Of a DNA stretch of 63,029 nt, positions 55,847-63,029 are shown in pieces (within the stretch, counting starts at the first letter, position 1; every line of letters begins with the position of its first letter). The notes under the pieces were generated by a model that saw only the letters and a list, made by a program, of their open reading frames with translations, made no database searches and was not told where the DNA came from. The stretch comes from Candidatus Thorarchaeota archaeon (GTDB lineage Archaea; Asgardarchaeota; Thorarchaeia; Thorarchaeales; Thorarchaeaceae). The stretch lies in NCBI GenBank assembly GCA_048882485.1, contig JBHLRP010000017.1, positions 1-63,029 on the forward strand, in the 5' to 3' direction. Made by a program: the position numbers and the translations under genes.

Positions 55847-57367
55847 TCACTCCTCAAAGGGGTTCGGCAGGTCAGTTACAGTTTCCCATGGGATTGCCAG
55901 CCGGCCTGGATGCAGGATGAGATTCGGGTCCAGGACCTTCCTGAACTTAACCAGCATCTTGTAGTATTCTTTCGCCTTACTGAAGGTTTCAGGAGCATGA
56001 ACGAATGGGTCTGGACGATAATTGAGCCAGCCATGCTTTAGGAAACTCTTCGTTGTTTCGAGGTTGAACTCTCGAATCTTCTCCATGATGCCGTCCTCGG
56101 TGCTGTCAAAGCAAAGGATGGGCATGACAATTGCCTGTCGAGCATGGTCAATGGATGCGACCCACATGGTCGGCGGAAAGCCGTAGTTCTCCATAGCAGC
56201 GCAGTACTCTTCCATCATCTTGCTACTCTCTAGCCATGGACAGTACCAGGTGATGAATAGGAATCCAGCTTGCCAGAGCGAATATGGGATTGCAATCTTG
56301 TTGGGCTTTTTGAGCCGCGATGCCACCTGCTTCGGGTGCAGGTCTTGTTGTGGAGTCTTCCTTGAGTATTTCACCTCGTAGTCTTTGTAGACTTCGTCTA
56401 TTTTCTTCAGTGTGAAGTCCAGCTCCTCCTTGGTCCATGCCCAGCACTCGTAGTTCATCCACTTCTTGTCGATTCCAATACTCTTGTAGAAATCATAATC
56501 TGTTGGCACATTGGTCTTTGGCCAGCGAGTCATGACCAATTCATAATTTCCGCCTTGCACCATGACCGTGCGTTCACCAACACCCATCTCGTGCTTAGAT
56601 ATCTCCCATGCAGGCTTGATGATATCATCCCAAGTTTCTCCTCCGTAGGCGACGACTGTCTTGTAATGAGGATGAGGTACCATCTTGATGGCACATTTCG
56701 TGATAATTCCCATTGATCCCTGCGATCCAAGAAAGAGTCCATCTGGGTTAGGACCTACGCCCCAGCGATAGAATGGCTTTGCGCCTGGGAGTGCCCACGA
56801 TCCAGTGTGGAATATCTCCCCAGTTGGCAAGACAATTTCCATTCCCATGATCATGTCTGCTTGTGGACCATATACTCCGGTCACAAGCGAGAACCCTCTC
56901 TCAATGGCATCGCCCAAGACTGTTGCAGCAGGCGGAGCCCCATCTGGAATCGGTGGCGCCCAATCAGGGTACTTTGTCTTGAAAATTCTCCATGCATCGC
57001 CTGACTTTACGCCCGGTTCTACGATCATGACTCGGTTTTCAGTATCAACCTCCATTTTGTCCATCCGGGTCATATCCATTAGAATTCCGCCTGGCTCAAT
57101 CGCAGGCAATGCGAATCCTCCACTGAGTCCTCCTGCAGCAGGCGTAACAGGACTAAGATTCTCGTTCGCAACCACGAGCACCTTTGAGACCTCTTCCGGG
57201 TTTGCAGGTCGGACAACAGCCTCGGGTACCACAGCCTCAAGTCCCATGATACCCCGGGCCATATAGCTATGACGAAGTGGTTCGCTCGTCGTGACGTACT
57301 CATCGCCACATATAGCTACGAGCTTCTTGACCACCTCATCGGTGACCTTGTGATAAAAATCTGACAT
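55847..57367 (-). CDS. FAD-binding oxidoreductase (GlcD/Dld/VAO family)
   Basis: PEAVVRP, AGGLSGG, VEPGV, FLGSQGSMGIIT, LDPNLILHPG. Confidence 0.9.
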   Translation of the reverse strand: MSDFYHKVTDEVVKKLVAICGDEYVTTSEPLRHSYMARGIMGLEAVVPEAVVRPANPEEVSKVLVVANENLSPVTPAAGGLSGGFALPAIEPGGILMDMTRMDKMEVDTENRVMIVEPGVKSGDAWRIFKTKYPDWAPPIPDGAPPAATVLGDAIERGFSLVTGVYGPQADMIMGMEIVLPTGEIFHTGSWALPGAKPFYRWGVGPNPDGLFLGSQGSMGIITKCAIKMVPHPHYKTVVAYGGETWDDIIKPAWEISKHEMGVGERTVMVQGGNYELVMTRWPKTNVPTDYDFYKSIGIDKKWMNYECWAWTKEELDFTLKKIDEVYKDYEVKYSRKTPQQDLHPKQVASRLKKPNKIAIPYSLWQAGFLFITWYCPWLESSKMMEEYCAAMENYGFPPTMWVASIDHARQAIVMPILCFDSTEDGIMEKIREFNLETTKSFLKHGWLNYRPDPFVHAPETFSKAKEYYKMLVKFRKVLDPNLILHPGRLAIPWETVTDLPNPFEE

Positions 57368-57436
57368 TGTACATCATCTCTATTTGAATGTCTGACGGCG
57401 TCAGGACAAAAGAAACCTGTTAATAAAGATAGATGA

Positions 57437-57997
57437 CTAACTCTTGCAGGCGAAGCGGAAAAACTCTGGAACCAACCATCCAAGGCTCAGATGAGGGAAC
57501 CCGCCAACTTCAACATATTAATCCACTCATCCATTTGTGCCTTCGAGAATGATGACTTCTTGGGACAGATGAAGAGGGCTGGTGAAACCCATCTACAATA
57601 CGGTGGCCACTGGATCTAACTGGCCGTCATCTCACACTTCGATGACATCACAGAGGAGGGTGAGAGGCTCTGAGACCGACAGGACTTCTTGATGAGTGGG
57701 GATTTCGGGGCCACCTATGACAGGAAACCGCTCGTCCTTCAGACTCCCACTCGATACATGAAAGGAGAGATGCAGCGCAATCCAATCCTGGACTACGTTC
57801 CTGACTGGGCTCTCTTCAAGGCTCCTACCACAAGTGACCACAGATTCAGCACGTACAACCACAACTGGACCTTGGGAGATGTCTACGGAGGCAAGTATCC
57901 AATTTGCTACTCGGGCTGTAGACAATGTGCAGTGTCATGTCGGAACAGTGAGGCGAGCAGAGAAGCAAGGACTACTAAGATACATGGAATGAGGTGA
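57437..57997 (+). pseudogene. Decayed gene with two in-frame stops and Cys-rich C-terminus
   Basis: One frame reads as protein-like across TAA 57617 and TGA 57671, ending ..YPICYSGCRQCAVSC..; no start codon at the 5' end of the frame. Confidence 0.45.
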
Positions 57998-58001
57998 AGG
58001 G

Positions 58002-58423
58002 ATGGTTAGACTGACAAGACTTGAGATACAAGAACTCAACTATCTTAAAAGGGTGAACAAGATCCAGATTGGAAACTGGAACCACAATATGAACGTGGTA
58101 CGACATAATCCCGGAAGGGAAACCATGAAACACTTCTTGGTGAAGGCAGCGATCGCCAAGATGATTCTTGATGCTGAGGGCAACTAAGTCACCGAGGCCA
58201 GATTCCAAGGTGGAAGGCTGACGTCATCGATCTGATTGATGGTAGAATCTATGAGATTGATACAATGCCTAAGGCTGTAACCGTTGACAACAAGATTGCG
58301 AAATATGGGAGGAGCAATCCTGGCTTCTCATTAGAGGTTGAGATGGTGGAGCTTCCCGAGGTGCCTGACAATCTGACTAAGATTGAGGAGTATCTGAAGT
58401 CTAGACATAATGGTCTGTGGTGA
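58002..58423 (+). pseudogene. Pseudogenised PD-(D/E)xK-like nuclease
   Basis: Repairing TAA 58185 and a 1-nt deletion near 58217 gives ETMKHFLVKAAIAKMILDAEGN*VTEARFQGGRADVIDLIDGRIYEIDT..GLW; GAGGTG RBS upstream. Confidence 0.65.
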
Positions 58424-58631
58424 ATGTCGGAAGAGTAATCTGTTGAACAGTTTGTTAATCTGAGGAGAGTCATTGACGTCACACAGTTTCATCAATCCGG
58501 AGGAAGGATTGGAATACGAGATACATCGAGCCCGTGAAGACTTGGGCTACATTCTGATTGATTATGACTTCTCAGGACTAATCGATAGCCAATTTGCCGT
58601 GGAAATACACGTACGATGCTTTTCAAAGGAG

Positions 58632-59180
58632 CTACGATGGAATTATACTTGTATACCCGTCCCATCTAGTGACAGTACGATCAGGGTCAATCGTAAGGAC
58701 AGCAAGGACACCTACGTATACATGTGACAGATCATGAAGGCCAAAAGAGGTTTGAAACGTCAAGCTGACTTTTTCATTTGCACTTAGAGAAAAATCACCA
58801 TCGACCACAGGTATCTCACTCGTAGTTTTTATCTCACCAAGTGACGAATTGAAGTCTATCAGTCTGTCCTCAACACATATGATTACCTTTTCGATATGAA
58901 AGAGATCACCTTGTGGGATTGGATAGTTCTTGAAGCTCTCAACCATGCAAATAACAGTAAATGATACATTTCCATTACTGTACACCACTTTGTCAGTGAT
59001 CTTGAGGTATAAACTAAGTCGGGGAGGCTCACCATCATCAGGCGAAGGACTGACTAGATAGAGAGTGAGCCCTCCACTGACTATGCAAGCGATAATTATG
59101 CAACCAGCAAGCATCTTTCTAGATCTTAAAGATTGTTTCCATGTGTTCCGCAATTTCAAGGACACACTGGGTGAATTCAC
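58632..59180 (-). CDS. Hypothetical membrane-anchored protein
   Basis: Single N-terminal TM followed by a beta-rich domain; true start uncertain. Confidence 0.55.
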   Translation of the reverse strand: MNSPSVSLKLRNTWKQSLRSRKMLAGCIIIACIVSGGLTLYLVSPSPDDGEPPRLSLYLKITDKVVYSNGNVSFTVICMVESFKNYPIPQGDLFHIEKVIICVEDRLIDFNSSLGEIKTTSEIPVVDGDFSLSANEKVSLTFQTSFGLHDLSHVYVGVLAVLTIDPDRTVTRWDGYTSIIPS

Positions 59181-59194
59181 TTATGAGGCCTTCC

Positions 59195-59470
59195 TTACCC
59201 TAGCAATCCAGCCGCGGGGACTTGAGACACCCGAATATCATCCCAATAGGCATACCCGTAGTTTCCTGATGCCCATCCGCCTCTGAAAGCGAGTACTAAG
59301 GGCCCTTGCATGTATACTGTGTCATGATCTAATGAGGAAGCCAAGGTAATAGAATCGGAAATATAGGTCTGTCCGTCAGCATGCCGCGCAATCCGAAACC
59401 ACAGGACATCTCCCCAAGCGTAGTGGACATTAAAAATGTGAATCTCGACGTGTTGCCTTATAAGGGCACA
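59195..59470 (-). pseudogene. 5'-truncated remnant of a beta-sandwich (ConA/LamG/CBM-like) extracellular domain
   Basis: 91 open codons with no start codon in the first half, ending GPLVLAFRGGWASGNYGYAYWDDIRVSQVPAAGLLG*. Confidence 0.45.
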
Positions 59471-59645
59471 CTAACTCTATGTGATTTACTTTATGTTCAT
59501 TTTAAGACCGGTTAGTTTCGAATAAAGATTCTGATGCTTCATAGTGTCAAGTATCCAGATAAATTGCCTGCGTGCTCCTTTGCAAATTCTAAGCAAAGCA
59601 CTTAACATCTGTATTCACTAATTCCACTGCCTTAGGAGAATTCCA

Positions 59646-60200
59646 ATGTCGAAACAAGAAGATGTCGTACCTTGGTGGCGAGGACAGCTCGATAAAAAAC
59701 AGCTAGTTTCTGCTTTCTTCTCCAAGGTATTGAGCAAGCTCACAAATAGAATTGCCGAGATGTTTCCAGAACATGTTCGTGACATCTACTACTCTGCTGG
59801 TCGAATGGCAGGAGTGGAAGCACAAAAGGAATACTTCCAGATTGGAAGACGAAAGCCTTTCGGTCATCTCAAGGGCCTCATCGAGTTCATAAAGATGGCT
59901 CTTGAACGGCTCATCATTCCATTTGGCGACATCAAGATTGCCAAGCTGCAAATAAAGTGGCAAGACGAAGAGGCGATATTGGAGGTTAAGGATAACCCGT
60001 ATACAGCCATGCATGAGAGTGAGGAGCCATTCTGCTGCTACTTCCTGAGAGGATTCATTGAGGCTGTTCTCGAGTACGCTACAGAACTCGACAATACCGA
60101 GTACGAGAAGCTGGCGGTAGAAGAGGAAACATGTATGTCAATGGGTGATAAAAGCTGTACATTCAAGATCAGCCGTGTTTCCTCGCGCATGTATGCTTGA
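59646..60200 (+). CDS. V4R domain protein (Bet3/TRAPP-related fold)
   Basis: YYSAGRMAG, PFGDIKI, PFCCYFLRGFIEAV, EETCMSMGDKSCTF; AGGAG RBS. Confidence 0.85.
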   Translation: MSKQEDVVPWWRGQLDKKQLVSAFFSKVLSKLTNRIAEMFPEHVRDIYYSAGRMAGVEAQKEYFQIGRRKPFGHLKGLIEFIKMALERLIIPFGDIKIAKLQIKWQDEEAILEVKDNPYTAMHESEEPFCCYFLRGFIEAVLEYATELDNTEYEKLAVEEETCMSMGDKSCTFKISRVSSRMYA

Positions 60201-60236
60201 TTCTGTTTATCTCTGATAAAGAATGAAGGAAGAAAA

Positions 60237-60713
60237 TCAGAATTCCTCTTCAAATGGAGGAAGATAATCTGGTAGATCCGAACCGAGTGGACCGCCCAAT
60301 AGTTTCCGAAGCAGTTTTTCGTGTTCCATAGCTTCTTTCTCTCTTCCTGTCCATCTTAGCACTAGAACTAATCCGTATCGGGAACGCGCTGTAATGGGAT
60401 TGAGTTCAATACATGCCCGATAGAGTTCTTCCGCATCTTCAAAATTATGCTGAAGTAATAGTGCGTCTGCGAGACCCATAACGGCTAAGTAGTTGTCGTC
60501 TTTGTATTTTTCAGCGATGGCTTTGAGAACTCTTTCTGCTTCAGTATAGTGACCCCGCTTGATCAGATCAAATCCGCGCCTAGTTTCGGTAAGTAGGTCC
60601 CCTGATATTGTTTTTGATATACCGATGCCAGGCGCTTCCTCGAATGGTGCAAAAGCTGGTCTTGGAAGTTTCTTCTTTCTCCGAAATGGACTCATAACGT
60701 ATGCGGCTCCCAA
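60237..60713 (-). CDS. Tetratricopeptide repeat protein
   Basis: GHYTEAERVL, LADAL..FEDAEELYRACIELNP, YGLVLVL..GREKEA; start uncertain. Confidence 0.78.
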   Translation of the reverse strand: MGAAYVMSPFRRKKKLPRPAFAPFEEAPGIGISKTISGDLLTETRRGFDLIKRGHYTEAERVLKAIAEKYKDDNYLAVMGLADALLLQHNFEDAEELYRACIELNPITARSRYGLVLVLRWTGREKEAMEHEKLLRKLLGGPLGSDLPDYLPPFEEEF

Positions 60714-60774
60714 ATAGAAACAGAAACCGATTGGATTTGTATCTGTCGCTCCAACGCCTGCTTCATTTGGATCT

Positions 60775-61122
60775 TCAGGAACTAAACCACATGGTAGAGG
60801 TTTCTAGGACTTTGGCCCATTTTGAAAAGAGTGACACGGTCTTCAGGGTATCAAGATAGACCCTGGATGCAGTGACGGTATCGCAATCATCTAGGCGTAC
60901 AATGGCATTGTCGATGACTTCCATGATGTCCCTTAGTCTTCTCTTTCCCTCATTTCGTCTATAGTCCGAGAAGACCATGTATTCGAGATTTGACTTTTCC
61001 CATGCGTTAAGAAATCGTCTCTGTTCGTCGACAGCAGTGCTCATATCGTACGAACTTGCCAGTGAGGTCTTCATGGCAATTAGGGATTCCTTCCAAACCT
61101 CATGTCTGCTTGCTGAAATCAT
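60775..61122 (-). CDS. Hypothetical helical protein
   Basis: Amphipathic helical ORF; start placed at MISASRHE. Confidence 0.55.
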   Translation of the reverse strand: MISASRHEVWKESLIAMKTSLASSYDMSTAVDEQRRFLNAWEKSNLEYMVFSDYRRNEGKRRLRDIMEVIDNAIVRLDDCDTVTASRVYLDTLKTVSLFSKWAKVLETSTMWFSS

Positions 61123-61242
61123 TTGCTTTCCTCTCGGCGGTAGACAAACAAGAAGCGGATTTGGAGTCAAATAAACCTGAGGAATACGATAATATTCCGA
61201 GTCCGGAAAAGCGCCATTGGACTGATGAACGATTTACTGGGA

Positions 61243-61812
61243 CTAGAGGAGCTGCGTCATGACTTGATTTGCTGTGACTACTGTGGTGTTGTGGATGTCC
61301 TTCATATGCTGCAAAGCAAACAGATGGTTTTCCCTGACAGTACTACCAGTGCCATCGGCTACTACATAGACATTGTATCCTCTTGCTGAGGCATCAGCTG
61401 AAGTATACATTACACAGATATCAGTCAGGACTCCCATCAGTATAATGTCGGCTATACCAGCCTCTCTGAGAGTCAGGTCAAGGTCTGTTCCAAAAAAACC
61501 AGAGTACCTGCGTTTGGGGATGACCTTTTCTCTCTCACCGGGAGCCAATTTGTCTACAATTTGTGCCCCTCGTGTGCCTGCTACCGAATGCTTTGGCCAG
61601 ACCTTGAACTCCTCATCATCTGGCATATGATTGTCAGCCAAATAGACAACTGTCGCTGATTTCTGTCGAGCATGAGCAAGTAGCTTCGCCTGAATGGGGA
61701 CCAAGTCCTTGGCGCCAGGCACCACCAGTGCTCCCTTCTCATCAACAAAATCAACAAGCATGTCAATGACTATCAGTGCAGTCTTGTCCGGATCCAACTT
61801 GCTTAATGTCAT
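61243..61812 (-). CDS. pncA: Nicotinamidase/isochorismatase family cysteine hydrolase
   Basis: ALIVIDM..DF, WPKH, KRRYSGF, GVLTDICV; ATGA overlap with pncB. Confidence 0.88.
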   Translation of the reverse strand: MTLSKLDPDKTALIVIDMLVDFVDEKGALVVPGAKDLVPIQAKLLAHARQKSATVVYLADNHMPDDEEFKVWPKHSVAGTRGAQIVDKLAPGEREKVIPKRRYSGFFGTDLDLTLREAGIADIILMGVLTDICVMYTSADASARGYNVYVVADGTGSTVRENHLFALQHMKDIHNTTVVTANQVMTQLL

Positions 61813-63029
61813 TTCTCTACCCTCTCGATTTGCGTCAATACTTTCTTTCTGATTGCATTTGGACTCACTGTTCGGTGCAGAATCTTTCCCTTTTCCATCA
61901 ATTGGTTGGTCAGCTTCTCCATTTTATTGCCGCAGTCACAAGTCGGCGAGGTGGCCTCTGAGAGAGTGACTCGATCCTTGAAGCATGAGGTGCATCTCCA
62001 GACAGACTTTCTTCCTGAGAACTTGCCACGTTTCGCACTAGGAATCCATTTTCCACTCTCCTGCTTCATGACAATGTCCATTGCGAAATCAATTGCAGGC
62101 GAATTCGAAATCGCGCCACCAACTCCAAAACCATCAACTGGTGCTTCATGCAGCGCCTCAATTGAGTCCACATCAAGTCCACCGCTGATGTATATCTTGA
62201 CATCTTCATGCCCTCGGATATCAAGCTCCCACCTCACTTCTTGGATGATTCGTGCAAAGTTTCCTCTTCTACTGCTAGTTGTGTCTAGTCTGACTCCCAC
62301 TAGGTTGTCAATCGTATCTGCAGCCATCACAGATTCTACAACTTCATCGAGATAGGTGTCAGTGAGAGCAATTCTTGGAATATCTTTTGAGAGATATCTA
62401 TCGTAGGCCTGCCACGCTCTGATGTGATCACCTGCAGCAATTATGAGTGCATGCGGCATTGTTCCCTGAGGATCGACTCCTAACATCTCTGCGCCTAGGA
62501 TGCATGAAATGCCATCACAGCCGCCAATGAAGGCTGCATACTCGACCTGCGGGGTGATTGCTGGATGAGTTCTCCTCGCTCCAAATGAAAGGAGACTCTT
62601 TTCACCAGCAGCAATTCGAACGTGCGCAGTCTGTGTCGTCATGCCCGATGTATGACAGAGAAAGCCAAGCAGTGGTGTTTCAAGAGTGGCGAACTCTTGG
62701 TATGGGCCTTCTATTGCGAATACTGGCGTCTTCACGCCGCTAGGATCTCTTGGCTTAAAGAAAGTCCCCTCCTCCAATCCGAAGATGTCAACCGCTTTTC
62801 CTTCGAATAACTTAAGCGAGTCATTCACGCCGGCAACTATCCCCCAACCGAACTCCTTAGGCATTCCTGATACGGTAACTTCTGCGTGGACGGTTGGATT
62901 CAGACCCTCCGCTTTGAGGATTTGAACTGCTCTCTCAAAGTAGATATCGGTTGTTTTTCCCGAGATGATTTCCTCTTCAGAAGCTATTCGCCATTTTCTA
63001 TCCATTTGAAGATGCCTCGCTGAATCCAT
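61809..63029 (-). CDS. pncB: Nicotinate phosphoribosyltransferase
   Basis: TDIYF, SFGARR, GTMPHA, VRLDT..RRG, ISGGL, GFGVG, KRGK; alternative start at 63005. Confidence 0.93.
   Translation of the reverse strand: MDSARHLQMDRKWRIASEEEIISGKTTDIYFERAVQILKAEGLNPTVHAEVTVSGMPKEFGWGIVAGVNDSLKLFEGKAVDIFGLEEGTFFKPRDPSGVKTPVFAIEGPYQEFATLETPLLGFLCHTSGMTTQTAHVRIAAGEKSLLSFGARRTHPAITPQVEYAAFIGGCDGISCILGAEMLGVDPQGTMPHALIIAAGDHIRAWQAYDRYLSKDIPRIALTDTYLDEVVESVMAADTIDNLVGVRLDTTSSRRGNFARIIQEVRWELDIRGHEDVKIYISGGLDVDSIEALHEAPVDGFGVGGAISNSPAIDFAMDIVMKQESGKWIPSAKRGKFSGRKSVWRCTSCFKDRVTLSEATSPTCDCGNKMEKLTNQLMEKGKILHRTVSPNAIRKKVLTQIERVEK

Noticed and set aside
57617-57673. TGA 57671 as Sec or stop-codon recoding in the decayed island
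   Set aside because: The neighbouring lesions are TAA stops and a frameshift, the TGA is not in a redox motif, and no SECIS-like element was seen; decay is the simpler explanation.
1-63029. tRNA, rRNA, CRISPR arrays, intact transposases or integrases
   Set aside because: None recognised by eye in any intergenic gap; tRNAscan-SE and cmscan would be needed to exclude short or intron-containing RNAs.

Overview
Gene-dense archaeal chromosomal segment. Its gene content points to an Asgard archaeon, most likely Thorarchaeia (inference): a stand-alone gelsolin domain, a Rab-like GTPase, a longin+roadblock fusion, a V4R protein, fwdDBA, a geranylgeranyl reductase and an archaeal ThrRS editing domain. 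Housekeeping content is anaerobic peptide/organic-acid metabolism: POR gamma/delta, IOR alpha/beta, a 2-oxoacid dehydrogenase E1a/E1b/E2 plus LplA, FwdDBA, an AdoCbl acyl-CoA mutase with isobutyryl-CoA-mutase signature residues plus CobO, a GlcD/HdrD-like pair, NAD salvage and ABC/MFS transporters. The most striking item is a 765-aa protein (7990-10287) that fuses a 7-bladed ITFG2/BBS2/BBS7-like FG-GAP beta-propeller and an Ig-like sandwich, through an acidic linker, to an intact Rab-like GTPase, i.e. a candidate single-chain coat/adaptor-GTPase. Other notable items: a very long bactofilin-like beta-solenoid with a palindromic operator, lying next to a wHTH gene and a longin-roadblock gene; a catalytically degenerate Hef/XPF-like helicase abutting a 4-repeat PC4/Whirly/PUR-like protein; three tandem TrmB-like regulators behind a pseudoknot-capable intergenic RNA; a zinc-ribbon membrane trio upstream of gelsolin; a divergent Alba/SpoVS-fold protein; an exact-junction partial duplication flanking a solute-binding protein gene; and a decayed island (about 57.4-59.5 kb) containing a pseudogenised PD-(D/E)xK nuclease. 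No rRNA, tRNA, CRISPR array or intact transposase was recognised. All family assignments come from motifs recognised by eye, not from database searches.
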